Positions 29,994 to 38,962 of a stretch of DNA of 49,917 nucleotides are shown piece after piece. The DNA lies in the IMG/VR virus record IMGVR_UViG_2718218131_000006; one strand, given 5' to 3'. This stretch comes from a virus. Lineage: Duplodnaviria > Heunggongvirae > Uroviricota > Caudoviricetes. Positions within the stretch are counted from its first letter, which is position 1, and each line of letters opens with the position of its first letter. The position numbers and the translations under genes are program-made. A model generated the notes under the pieces. The model saw only the letters and a list, made by a program, of their open reading frames with translations, had not been told where the DNA came from and searched no databases.

Positions 29994-30364
29994 GGATATT
30001 TATCAGGATTTATCGGTTTCTGAACCCTGGATATGTTAAGCATTCAGCCCGTCAGTGGTAGGACACTGGCGCTCTGGTTAAGGATTATGGGGGATGCAGG
30101 CTGGGCTACCCCATCTGAGGATTTGATATGCAAAAAGAAGTTTTTATCAATATTACAGCTGACTGCTCATCTCCTGCATCAACAGCAAAAGAAATTGAAG
30201 CTCTTAAATATATGATTACAGTAATATTTACCGTATTGGACCAGAATGAAAAAAAATGGAATCATTCATCAATTAAATGAACATGTAAATAATCCATATA
30301 TCAAAAGCAATCTGGAAATGTTGCTACCAATGAAAGATATTGGAAAACCAACTGAAACAAAAGG

Positions 30365-30679
30365 CTAACAACCCGTAATCGAGTTATCTGAACTGTTAAT
30401 TTTTATGGTATACCGCGCCTCTGAACAGGGGCGCGTTTCTGGCAACAGCTCGTCCCCTTCACATAACCCGGCAGCAACATCCAGGAAGACCTGTCTGATG
30501 CTCCTTCTGGCTGCTGCCTCATAAAACTCCAGCGCGGCACCTTCAACACGGTCCAGCGAGATGTCCAGGTCAAAAATTTCACCGTCAAAGCATTTTTTGT
30601 CCCGTAACGCTAAAGTTACCGTAACTTTATTCTCAAAATTGCGGATCCCTTTCACAATCACTTCATAGTTTTGAGTCAT
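30365..30679 (-). CDS. Hypothetical protein between holin and endolysin
   Basis: 104-aa ORF with GGGGAGAG ribosome-binding site, starting 5 nt after the holin stop. Confidence 0.55.
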   Translation of the reverse strand: MTQNYEVIVKGIRNFENKVTVTLALRDKKCFDGEIFDLDISLDRVEGAALEFYEAAARRSIRQVFLDVAAGLCEGDELLPETRPCSEARYTIKINSSDNSITGC

Positions 30680-30683
30680 TGAA

Positions 30684-30899
30684 TTACTCTCCCCGTGCAG
30701 CCTTACGCTTGTCTTCTCTGATTTTGAAGTACAGATTTGTCAGATAAGTCAGGAAGCCTAGGACCAGACTCCCCAGTACACCAATCGCAGCCCACTGTGA
30801 CGGACTGACCTGATCAAGCCACTGTAAAAACCAGTAGCCAGCACTGCCTGCGGAGGTGCCATAGGCGACACCCGTTGTTAACTTATCCATGGATTTCAT
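30684..30899 (-). CDS. S: Class II pinholin (S21-like) with dual-start motif Met1-Lys-Ser-Met4
   Basis: 71 aa [45 protein letters not shown]...[13 protein letters not shown] matches my memory of phage 21 S; GAGGTGGGG ribosome-binding site. Confidence 0.85.
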   Translation of the reverse strand: MKSMDKLTTGVAYGTSAGSAGYWFLQWLDQVSPSQWAAIGVLGSLVLGFLTYLTNLYFKIREDKRKAARGE

Positions 30900-30966
30900 A
30901 ACCCCACCTCGCAGATGCGGGTGCTGTGTAATGGAAATAAAAAGGCCACCTGACGTGGCCACCAGA

Positions 30967-32019
30967 TTATTTCCCCACCAGCTCGTTTATCTCTTTCACT
31001 GTCTGATTAAACCGCTCTGACTCAAGCTCAACACCTAAGGCCCGACGCCCCAGCGCCATTGCTGCTTTTATTGTGGAACCGGATCCCATAAAAAAATCAG
31101 CAACCAGATCACCTGGTCGACTACTGGCATTGATTATTTGCCTGAGCATATCCGCCGGTTTCTCACACGGATGTTTCCCCGGGTAGAACTGAACGGGTTT
31201 ATGCATCCAGACATCGGCATAAGGCACGGAGACTGATACGGAGAAATAGCGCCGGAGAGATTTAAACTCATCCAGCAATTCAGAATATTTACGATTCAGT
31301 GAATCATAAGATGCCACCAGCTGGTGGTGTGGTTGTTCCAGTTGTTGTTCCTGAAACTTCTCTGCCGCTATACGGGAAAACAGTGCCTGTAACTTCCGAT
31401 AGTCATCCTCATTCGGCAACTGCCACTGACTGGCACCAAACCAGTGGGAAACCATATTTTTCTTACCTGTGGCTTCGGCAATCTGTTTTGCCGTTATACC
31501 CAGTTCGGCACGAGCATCCCTGAAATACGATATCAGCGGTGCCATTATATGCTGTTTGAGTTCCCTTTCTTTTGCCGCATAGCCGTCATTTTTTGGCTGA
31601 TATGGCCCCTGATAATGTTCAGCAAACAGAATGCGCTCTGTTGCCGGGAAATACGCCCGCAGGCTTTCCTTGTTGCACCCGTTCCAGCGTCCGGACGGCT
31701 TCGCCCAGATAATGTGGTTCAGCACATTAAAGCGCTCACGCATCATGATTTCGGTGTCAGCTGCCAGGCGATGACCACAGAACAGGTAAAGACTTCCGGC
31801 AGGCTTCAGTACCCGCCAGAACTGCGCCAGACACTGCTCCAGCCATTTCAGATAATCATCGTCCCCCTTCCACTGGTTATCCCAGCCCTCGGGCTTCACT
31901 TTAAAGTATGGCGGGTCTGTGACTATCAGATCGACAGAGTTTTCCGGTAAGGTCTGGATAAATTCCAGGCAATCAGCGTTGATTAACTCACAACTGGATA
32001 TTTTTACAGTATTAGCCAT
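30967..32019 (-). CDS. DNA N6-adenine methyltransferase
   Basis: 350 aa with catalytic motif IV DPPYF (LIVTDPPYF). Confidence 0.85.
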   Translation of the reverse strand: MANTVKISSCELINADCLEFIQTLPENSVDLIVTDPPYFKVKPEGWDNQWKGDDDYLKWLEQCLAQFWRVLKPAGSLYLFCGHRLAADTEIMMRERFNVLNHIIWAKPSGRWNGCNKESLRAYFPATERILFAEHYQGPYQPKNDGYAAKERELKQHIMAPLISYFRDARAELGITAKQIAEATGKKNMVSHWFGASQWQLPNEDDYRKLQALFSRIAAEKFQEQQLEQPHHQLVASYDSLNRKYSELLDEFKSLRRYFSVSVSVPYADVWMHKPVQFYPGKHPCEKPADMLRQIINASSRPGDLVADFFMGSGSTIKAAMALGRRALGVELESERFNQTVKEINELVGK

Positions 32020-32172
32020 AGATCAATAAGCACTTCTCTGATAGGCTCATACCGCTTTTGCGCAAAGCAGATGGGCCTGAGGTTTGCTTGTGACCCCAAC
32101 GCATGAGCAGATGGCTGGCAGGTGCCGCTAACACCCACCAGCCGCCCATTACCACAAATTAAAAAGCCTTCA

Positions 32173-32367
32173 CTACGGAAGGCGTCTGTAACAACCGAAC
32201 TGATAATCTGCCAAGCCCGCCATAACAAGCTGGGTCAGTATTAACTGGCAGCGTTCGCGTGAAAGGTAAGTATTCTGCGCAATTTCCCCGACGGTCGCCG
32301 GTTCGGTGACGCTTAATTCATTAAACACAACTCTGGCAGTTTCAGTCATATCCTGCTGTTTTAGCAT
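32173..32367 (-). CDS. Hypothetical small protein (possible winged-helix)
   Basis: 64 aa with AAGGGAAAAG ribosome-binding site; lies between tR' and the methyltransferase. Confidence 0.45.
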   Translation of the reverse strand: MLKQQDMTETARVVFNELSVTEPATVGEIAQNTYLSRERCQLILTQLVMAGLADYQFGCYRRLP

Positions 32368-32489
32368 GTCTTTTCCCTTTTCTGGTTAACGTGACATACC
32401 AATAACTCTTGTCGAAAAAGCCAGCAAGCTGAAAGACCTGTATTCGCAACCACCAGCGCGTTTAACGTTCTGTGCTGTTTTTCGGACAC

Positions 32490-32515
32490 AAAAAAACCCG
32501 CCTGGTGGCGGGCTG
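32490..32515 (-). terminator. tR'-like rho-independent terminator downstream of the late promoter
   Basis: Minus strand: GCCCGCC-acca-GGCGGGT then TTTTTTT, about 80 nt downstream of the Q-like stop. Confidence 0.75.
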
Positions 32516-32594
32516 CAAAAATTCTTCTAACGTCAGGCATAAAACGCCCATCGTTAGGGCGAATTTACCACAGATTCCGGAAAAATCAACCTTG

Positions 32595-33416
32595 TTATCT
32601 GGTTACCTTTTTTAACTGTCGCTCCGCCCATGCCTCTTCAATGTCAAACCGAACCACCAGCTTGTCATAGAATTGCTTAACAGTTTTTTCCCATGACGCG
32701 CGTGTTATCTGATTTGTGACCTCGCATATGGCATTAAATGCCTCCGTTGATGGCAGTCTTTCATAGCCACGACCGCCACAACGCTGGCAGTCCCTGATAA
32801 CAGGCATACCACGTTTTACCGACTCTTCACGATGAATGGCGACACCACGCCCACGGCAATCCTTACAGGCGGTGGAGACCTCACCCTTTCCCCCGCATTC
32901 AGGACAGGCAACTTTTACCACTTCCCGGACTTTTTTCCATTCTTCCCAGTAAGACGGATACACACCCTTCGTACACTTTGCCCATACTGGCGGCTTGCCA
33001 TCCGGATACTGAACCTTGTTTGTAAAAACTACGCTTTCAATAAATTTTTCCCCATGGCAACAAGGGCACTGCTTTTTACTCGCTGCGCTGCGGGCATAAT
33101 CCTCAAAAGCATACGAAGCCATAATGCGCATCACTGCCGGTTTTATTTCTGCCGGAAGTTTTCTTAACGCCGCCACGCGATCGCACTGACTTAATGCATA
33201 ATCTGCCAGTAATTCTGTTGCCCGCGCCCTGTCATTCATACTAATGCCCATTTTCCCCAGGAACGCAGAAAATCCAATCTCAGCACGGTTTTGTGTCATA
33301 CCCTGCGCAGCCATCACATCAGTGATACTCAGCGTATCTTTTGACGTCGAGACGGATGCATCAGTCAGGCCAGGCGATTTTGGGGAGTAGTATTTCGGTA
33401 AATCTTCCAGTTTCAT
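32595..33416 (-). CDS. Putative late-gene antiterminator (Q-like), zinc-ribbon rich
   Basis: 273 aa with four CxxC pairs; placed immediately upstream of a promoter-plus-terminator and the lysis genes. Confidence 0.55.
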   Translation of the reverse strand: MKLEDLPKYYSPKSPGLTDASVSTSKDTLSITDVMAAQGMTQNRAEIGFSAFLGKMGISMNDRARATELLADYALSQCDRVAALRKLPAEIKPAVMRIMASYAFEDYARSAASKKQCPCCHGEKFIESVVFTNKVQYPDGKPPVWAKCTKGVYPSYWEEWKKVREVVKVACPECGGKGEVSTACKDCRGRGVAIHREESVKRGMPVIRDCQRCGGRGYERLPSTEAFNAICEVTNQITRASWEKTVKQFYDKLVVRFDIEEAWAERQLKKVTR

Positions 33417-33793
33417 TTTTTGACCTGCCCGTCATGCATTATTTCGTAAATCTTCACGCCCAGTCGCCCACCAGGAACGAGCTGACCGCGCACTATATTG
33501 ATTTCGTCAAACTGCTCGTCATCGATAAGCAGTCCTGCATGTGTCAGTGCATCCAGTGGTGCCTTCAGGATATTGTCCAGGTCGCGGCGGCGCTTATCCG
33601 GTGGCTCTGCAATAATCTTTATCGCCAGCCTTCCGGACAGGCTTAATTTCAGCCGCTGCTGGCGAACAATTAGCGCCACATCACGGCGATAACGCTTTCC
33701 GGCTTCCGAGATGAAATACGTATTGCCATGACGTCGCCAGTAGGTATTCACCGTCGGCGGGTAAGGCAAAACAAATTCTATGCGTTCAGTCAT
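33413..33793 (-). CDS. rusA: Holliday-junction resolvase RusA
   Basis: 126 aa with conserved RRDLDNILKAPLDAL, typical of lambdoid RusA. Confidence 0.85.
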   Translation of the reverse strand: MTERIEFVLPYPPTVNTYWRRHGNTYFISEAGKRYRRDVALIVRQQRLKLSLSGRLAIKIIAEPPDKRRRDLDNILKAPLDALTHAGLLIDDEQFDEINIVRGQLVPGGRLGVKIYEIMHDGQVKK

Positions 33794-34975
33794 TCATGCT
33801 TTCCACTTCAGGACACCCGAATTTCTCGCGTGCATTAAAAAACGAATCAGCAACAACAGCTGGCTGCCGTGTTTTTCTTCAAAATCTTTTACCCCGGCGT
33901 GCAGTTCGTTATGACATTTACGGCACAGCGGAATAACAAACAAATCATCAGCCTTTGTTCCCATCCCTCCCAGTCCATGACCAATGATGTGATGCGGATC
34001 ATCTGCCTGATTACCGCACGTCATGCATTTCTGCGTTTTTACCCAACGCGTGTATACAGGCATCTCTTCCCGTTGTGGTTTCTGGCGCTGGAGATACTGA
34101 GCCGGTGACTCCGGATCAACGGCAATGCTGACCACCGTCTTTTCCTGTGGCGGGTTTTGCTGGTGGGCGTGAGGCAGCGGCGCAAGATTTTTTGTGCGCT
34201 GCTTCAGTATGCTGGTGGCGGTCTGCTCTCCCGGTACGATGTCGCTTTCACGGTACATTGAGCGGATTTTTTCCGCACGCAACCCCAGCGAACGACGTAA
34301 TACCGCTTCCGGTAGCGCGTCCGCCACCTGATTGCGGACCGCCCACCAGGATAATTCAGCCAAAGATAATTCACGCTCCTGCGTACCGCTTATTGCGTGA
34401 CCGATGACGTCAATCATCCATGCTGACAGGTTTTGATGAGCAAGTTGCTCGAGTGATTCGGATGTCTGGTCACGCAGCTGGTTGTCACAGTGCCAGCACA
34501 ACACCATCGCGCCAGCGCCATAACGGTGAATGACGGTTTCACTGTGGTGATAATCGCCGTGTGGCCACTGGCAGGATTTAACATGGCGCAGTAACCAGTC
34601 AGACAATGCGCCAGCGCCACCAGCAGCACGAATCACCCGTTCGTCGCTGAAAAATGGCAGTAATGATTTATCCTCCGCCAGCGGCTGGCGAACGTCAGGG
34701 ACGATGCCGGACGGCAGACCGCGCATGCTTTTGGGTTCCGGCTCCACCAGCACTCGAGGATTGTGAAATACCTGCATGGATTCACGACCTGGCTTAAGGA
34801 CCACCAGCCCGAGTTCCGGTACCAGAACAGGTCGAAGTAATACCCGCACGTTACCTCCAGATCCGTTGCTGGAATGTGCGGGACGGACGCGGTGGGCGTT
34901 CAGAGTAAGGCAGTCTGACTGAGATGATCCAGTGTCGGAAGTCGAGGCTGAGGTCTTTCTGAAACTCGTAACCAC
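33794..34975 (-). CDS. DUF968-like phage protein with C-terminal HNH-like Cys/His motif
   Basis: C-terminus CMTCGNQADDPHHIIGHGLGG...CRKCHNELH; true start may be the internal Met at 34777. Confidence 0.6.
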   Translation of the reverse strand: MVTSFRKTSASTSDTGSSQSDCLTLNAHRVRPAHSSNGSGGNVRVLLRPVLVPELGLVVLKPGRESMQVFHNPRVLVEPEPKSMRGLPSGIVPDVRQPLAEDKSLLPFFSDERVIRAAGGAGALSDWLLRHVKSCQWPHGDYHHSETVIHRYGAGAMVLCWHCDNQLRDQTSESLEQLAHQNLSAWMIDVIGHAISGTQERELSLAELSWWAVRNQVADALPEAVLRRSLGLRAEKIRSMYRESDIVPGEQTATSILKQRTKNLAPLPHAHQQNPPQEKTVVSIAVDPESPAQYLQRQKPQREEMPVYTRWVKTQKCMTCGNQADDPHHIIGHGLGGMGTKADDLFVIPLCRKCHNELHAGVKDFEEKHGSQLLLLIRFLMHARNSGVLKWKA

Positions 34976-35129
34976 GTCTGCGGTAGTTCTGAATCAGCCA
35001 TTCGGCCTGTTCTTCAGTGCATGGATCATGCTGGAACCAGTCAGATTTGAATGCATGAGAACGCCGCCCGCGCCTGCTGGCAGGGACGGCGAGATTATCA
35101 GAATTGTGTAATTTGGTATCGTGCGCCAT
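34851..35129 (-). CDS. Hypothetical protein
   Basis: ORF only; weak ribosome-binding site; overlaps the upstream end of the DUF968 ORF if that uses its long start. Confidence 0.3.
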   Translation of the reverse strand: MAHDTKLHNSDNLAVPASRRGRRSHAFKSDWFQHDPCTEEQAEWLIQNYRRRGYEFQKDLSLDFRHWIISVRLPYSERPPRPSRTFQQRIWR

Positions 35130-35214
35130 CGGTTGTCTCTGCTGGCGCATCTTTGTCAGGTAAAATGGTGTTCAGCCATTTTGGGTGGCATTATTGTTGA
35201 TACATACAACTTGT

Positions 35215-35427
35215 TCAAGTCCGCATAAACTGATACACGATCTCCCTGAGCACTGTTTTCGATACAATTCGCTCATCAGCCCGCAAAGCTCTTACCCTAA
35301 GCATGTTCCCTTTTCGATGCCATACAGCTCTGGCTCCATCCGGAAAACAATCCATTTCAGCTACAACCGACATATCGTCACAACGAATAACTGCGTACTT
35401 ACAATTCGCGGCGATCAACTTCTGCAT
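35215..35427 (-). CDS. Hypothetical small protein
   Basis: 70-aa ORF in an AT-rich islet; no family recognised. Confidence 0.3.
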   Translation of the reverse strand: MQKLIAANCKYAVIRCDDMSVVAEMDCFPDGARAVWHRKGNMLRVRALRADERIVSKTVLREIVYQFMRT

Positions 35428-35656
35428 TGTAAAACCTCTGGTATTGGATAAAACATGGCTGGAATATATCCACTACAAATAACGATTTCACTCCCAAAAA
35501 ATGCGTATTTCATGAGAAAAAACAATGACTTTTTCTTTCTGTCATTTGTATACTCTAAAAATAGAGTGTTTTTTGAGCCGCCATTCCTTAGCAAGTCCTC
35601 TGTATGGATATTGCCTGCCCTATTTAATTGTGTCACACTATGTATTACACAACGGT

Positions 35657-36040
35657 ATGGAACCAAACATGCGCATTTTCAAAAATGCCTGGTTTGAACG
35701 CTTCGCACGAAAAAATCGGATTTCCGATAAAGCTCTGCGAGAAGTCGTGGAACTAGCTGATAAGGGACTCATATCCGCAGATTTGGGTAGTGGTGTCATT
35801 AAGCAGCGATTAGCCCGAAGAGGTGGCGGTAAATCAGGCGGTTATAGGACAATAATTTTTTACCGCGTCGCAGAAAAGGCTTTTTTCATCTATGCGTACG
35901 CAAAGAATGAGAGAGAAAATATTACAGCCATCGAGGAAAACGCATTTCGAAAAGCTGCGCATCACGTTCTCAATCTTACTGATGAACAACTGGCGCAATT
36001 GATCCTGCAAGGTCAGTTTACGGAGGTACCCAATGAGTAA
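35657..36040 (+). CDS. HigB2/Gp49-like (RelE/ParE superfamily) toxin
   Basis: GSGVIKQRLARRGGGKSGGYRTIIFYRVAEKAFFIYAYAKNE matches the HigB-2/Gp49 pattern; start could be 35669. Confidence 0.65.
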   Translation: MEPNMRIFKNAWFERFARKNRISDKALREVVELADKGLISADLGSGVIKQRLARRGGGKSGGYRTIIFYRVAEKAFFIYAYAKNERENITAIEENAFRKAAHHVLNLTDEQLAQLILQGQFTEVPNE

Positions 36041-36350
36041 AAATTACCGCAGTGATGCACTTGCATCCGTACATGAAATGATGGAGTCACTTCAGGATAT
36101 TGGCGCAGTTACAAAACAAACTATGAGAGAGTTTGATGAACTCTGTCTGCAACCAGCGCCAACAATGTCGCCAGAAAGAATCCGGGCACTTCGCGAGCGC
36201 GAGCATCTGTCTCAACCTGTTTTCGCCAGATATCTTAATGTCAGTAAAAACCTCATTTCAGACTGGGAAAGGGGAATAAAGCGCCCTGGTGGCCCTGCCC
36301 TTCGTTTGCTTTCTGTGGTTGAGAAAAACGGAATTCAGTCAATCTGTTAA
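36033..36350 (+). CDS. HigA2-like XRE-family helix-turn-helix antitoxin
   Basis: 105 aa with C-terminal helix-turn-helix LSQPVFARYLNVSKNLISDWERG; GGAGG ribosome-binding site; 8-nt overlap with the toxin stop. Confidence 0.65.
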   Translation: MSKNYRSDALASVHEMMESLQDIGAVTKQTMREFDELCLQPAPTMSPERIRALREREHLSQPVFARYLNVSKNLISDWERGIKRPGGPALRLLSVVEKNGIQSIC

Positions 36351-36371
36351 TAAAAATTCACCATGAACAGC

Positions 36372-36401
36372 AAAACCCCGGACCATCAATCCGGGGTTTT
36401 T
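36372..36401 (+). terminator. Rho-independent terminator after the toxin-antitoxin operon
   Basis: CCCCGGA-ccatcaa-TCCGGGG then TTTTT. Confidence 0.7.
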
Positions 36402-36486
36402 GTTTGTTATCCCCAGCGGCAAATCGAATACACCACCAGCGCCACCGCCATCGCAATTCCTACCATTGTGAATGCTTCAGGCCAGG

Positions 36487-37017
36487 TCATTGATTCACCT
36501 CCTGCGGTGGTTCCGGTAGCGGCATCCAGTGAGTTGCCTGCTCAATACCATTACCCGGCTTAATCGTTGCTTCTCCTCGCCGGAATGTGCTTCCTGTATA
36601 GCGTGCGGAGCATATTAGCGGTTCAACCAGAGAGCTATCGAAATTCACCGAAATAAGCACGTTCTGGTTCTTTTCAGGCATCCGCTCACTACAGCTTATC
36701 CAACCATCCGGAATTACCGGCGCTGACGGCGCTGCGTAAAGCGGTGTTATTTCTGCCCGAAAGTCACCTATTTCATGCAGTCGCACCCAGCGTTCGACTT
36801 CTGCTTTGTCAGAATACATAGTGGTGAACGTATTATATTTATTGTCAATTTGCGTGAAGGTTGCCTTCCACGCCACTGGCTCTGCTTCCAGCGATGCCAG
36901 TGCAATCCGTGCCAGTTCTTCTGCTTCTTCTGCTGGCAGTACAACGTTGCTACCCGGTCCGTATGTTTCGCGCCACTGCTTGATTGTCAGCAGTCGCCCT
37001 TTGGTTATAGTGGTCAT
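36487..37017 (-). CDS. DUF551-domain phage protein
   Basis: C-terminal WISCSERMPE...ATHWMPLPEPP is the DUF551 hallmark. Confidence 0.65.
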   Translation of the reverse strand: MTTITKGRLLTIKQWRETYGPGSNVVLPAEEAEELARIALASLEAEPVAWKATFTQIDNKYNTFTTMYSDKAEVERWVRLHEIGDFRAEITPLYAAPSAPVIPDGWISCSERMPEKNQNVLISVNFDSSLVEPLICSARYTGSTFRRGEATIKPGNGIEQATHWMPLPEPPQEVNQ

Positions 37018-37223
37018 TTGTTAATCCTCAAAACTTTATGCCCGGGCGCAAAAGCACGCGTTTTGTCTTTGCTTATTCGCCAGCCATCCTTGCGCGCCTC
37101 TTTTGCACAGCCAGCCCATGACGTACCGATATATTCACCGAAGTCTGGCGTTTGATATTTACCATTTGTACACTGGCGACAATCACAGTAGAGATGCATG
37201 GTGTAACTTGCGGCAATAGCCAT
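37014..37223 (-). CDS. Small cysteine-rich hypothetical protein
   Basis: 69 aa from MAIAASYTMHLYCDCRQCTNGKY; AGGAGA ribosome-binding site; ATGA overlap with the downstream gene. Confidence 0.55.
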   Translation of the reverse strand: MAIAASYTMHLYCDCRQCTNGKYQTPDFGEYIGTSWAGCAKEARKDGWRISKDKTRAFAPGHKVLRINK

Positions 37224-37224
37224 A

Positions 37225-37995
37225 TCACTCTCCTTTGATGCGAATACCAGCAGCGCGCTCGGCTTCACTTTGTTCCCAAAACCACTTGTGAAGCGCCATA
37301 AGCTTTTCGTCAATCGGTGCATATTTGCGATTAAAGTAGGCCTGAGCATCTTTCTCAGATTCGTCCGGTAATTCGCCAGGGCCAAACAGTGTGTTATAAA
37401 TCCATGCTAGTCCGCTCTTAGCGTCGCCAGTTGCCTGCCATTCGATAATGGCAGCCTGCATGACCAGAATGTTTTTCCCGATTAATAGGTCCAGTTCTTT
37501 GTACCGGTTGCGGATGTATGCATTCTCGCTTTGTAATTTTGCGTTGCGCTTTTCTGAGGCTTCAAGTAACGCCTGCTTATCGCGTAGCGCTTCTTCCAGT
37601 TCAGCAACATGGCATTCACTATCAATAAGGTTGTTCTCTGCTGCTTCAAGCTCAACACGCAGCTTCCCAACCGTAAGCGCAATCTCCTCGTTCTCCTGAT
37701 CGCGGCGTTTTATGTATTGCTGGTTTCTTTCCCGTTCATCCAGTAGTGCCAGCACGGTAGCCGGGTTAGCCTCTGCTATGAATTCAGCGTTTGCATAAGC
37801 CTGAGCATCTGTTTCAACCAGGCAGTTAACGTGACATTCTGCAATTACGCCACCGGGTTCTCCTTTCCATTTTTGACAAACAAAAACTCCTGTTAAATTG
37901 CCGTGCTGGTTAACAGATGTATGCCCTACGATGTAGCTTCCTTTAGTTGCTTTCTCTGCCTTTTCACGCAGTGCCTGAAAGTCAATCTTGCTCAC
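37225..37995 (-). CDS. Paralogue 1 of a mosaic phage protein family (possibly Ead/Ea22-like), GTG start
   Basis: AAGGAGG then GTG; begins SKIDFQALREKAEKATKG; coiled-coil C-terminus. Confidence 0.6.
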   Translation of the reverse strand: MSKIDFQALREKAEKATKGSYIVGHTSVNQHGNLTGVFVCQKWKGEPGGVIAECHVNCLVETDAQAYANAEFIAEANPATVLALLDERERNQQYIKRRDQENEEIALTVGKLRVELEAAENNLIDSECHVAELEEALRDKQALLEASEKRNAKLQSENAYIRNRYKELDLLIGKNILVMQAAIIEWQATGDAKSGLAWIYNTLFGPGELPDESEKDAQAYFNRKYAPIDEKLMALHKWFWEQSEAERAAGIRIKGE

Positions 37996-38675
37996 TGGTT
38001 GCCTCCTTTGCGAAGCTGTTCCGCACAATGCAGCAGGGCGTCCGTCGCTTCTTTCACCGTAACGATGTCGCCATCGTCCAGCCCGACAACCGTCGCGTCC
38101 TTAACGAACACCGAGCAAAGGTCATTAAACGCCTGCGCCCGCACTTCAGCCAGGAAAGCGTCGGTGGCTGGCGTTTCCCGTGAACGGTAAGACCAAACAA
38201 TGTCGTCTGTTTCACTGGGTTCTTCATGAGAGCAATTTGGGCAGACAGCAGTACAACCAGCATGATCTTCTATGAGCATCTTCAGCCACGAGTTCTCCTC
38301 CGCCAGCGTCACGCGACTGGCCTCCAGTTCTGCTACGCGCTGTTTTGCAGCATCCAGTTCAATCGACAATTTTTCCAACTGCTCTTTATGCTTTTTATAT
38401 TCCTGATATGCGTGCCAAGACTGACCTTTGCGCACACTATCAGTGATATCAGTAATCTGTTCTGGTGTTAGCGTGGTCAGTGGCTGTGATGGGAAAATAA
38501 GCACTTTCCCGGAATCCCAATCAAAACCAGCGTGAATTGACTGAACCTCAACTGAAGGTGTTGAACCAATGCTGCCAGGCGAATGAACAACGATTGTTAC
38601 ATCCATATCGCGACGATGGCTGTGGTTGTTGGACAAAATACGATTCACCAACTCAGAAAATTTGGAAAATTTCAT
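37992..38675 (-). CDS. Paralogue 2 (shares a C-terminal module with paralogue 3)
   Basis: ATG at 38675 with AAAGGGGAA ribosome-binding site; contains [19 protein letters not shown]; GTGA overlap downstream. Confidence 0.6.
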   Translation of the reverse strand: MKFSKFSELVNRILSNNHSHRRDMDVTIVVHSPGSIGSTPSVEVQSIHAGFDWDSGKVLIFPSQPLTTLTPEQITDITDSVRKGQSWHAYQEYKKHKEQLEKLSIELDAAKQRVAELEASRVTLAEENSWLKMLIEDHAGCTAVCPNCSHEEPSETDDIVWSYRSRETPATDAFLAEVRAQAFNDLCSVFVKDATVVGLDDGDIVTVKEATDALLHCAEQLRKGGNQ

Positions 38676-38962
38676 GCTGATTCCCCTTTCTCTGCTCTCT
38701 CCTGTCGGAACATCACTATCATCAGGTCGCCTTTTGTCGCTATCCTGGCTGTTGTACCTGGTTCAATGCGGCTAAGCTCAAATGCGTCATAGAACGCTTC
38801 TAATGCCTTCTGGCGTAGTTCCTGTTTGCGCCGTTTTTTCCACTGTTTTAGGAAAATGGAACCCAGCCATCGCCATGTGCGGGACATGATGTAAAGCCAA
38901 CCGAGAAGTGCCAGACCGGTATTTAGGAGCGCATCGATCGTTATTGTCGTGTCGATATTCAC
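38672..38962 (-). CDS. Small hypothetical membrane protein, GTG start
   Basis: AAGGAAG then GTG; hydrophobic helix ALLNTGLALLGWLYIMS; ATGA and GTGA overlaps with neighbours. Confidence 0.5.
   Translation of the reverse strand: MNIDTTITIDALLNTGLALLGWLYIMSRTWRWLGSIFLKQWKKRRKQELRQKALEAFYDAFELSRIEPGTTARIATKGDLMIVMFRQERAEKGESA

Noticed and set aside
32004-32228. 74-aa minus-strand ORF overlapping the methyltransferase start
   Set aside because: Overlaps the methyltransferase start and the 64-aa ORF end; no ribosome-binding site; likely spurious
30967-32594. Shiga toxin genes or tRNA genes between Q and the lysis cassette
   Set aside because: No stx-like ORFs (a methyltransferase occupies the slot) and no GGTTCGAATCC-type T-loop motif found by eye
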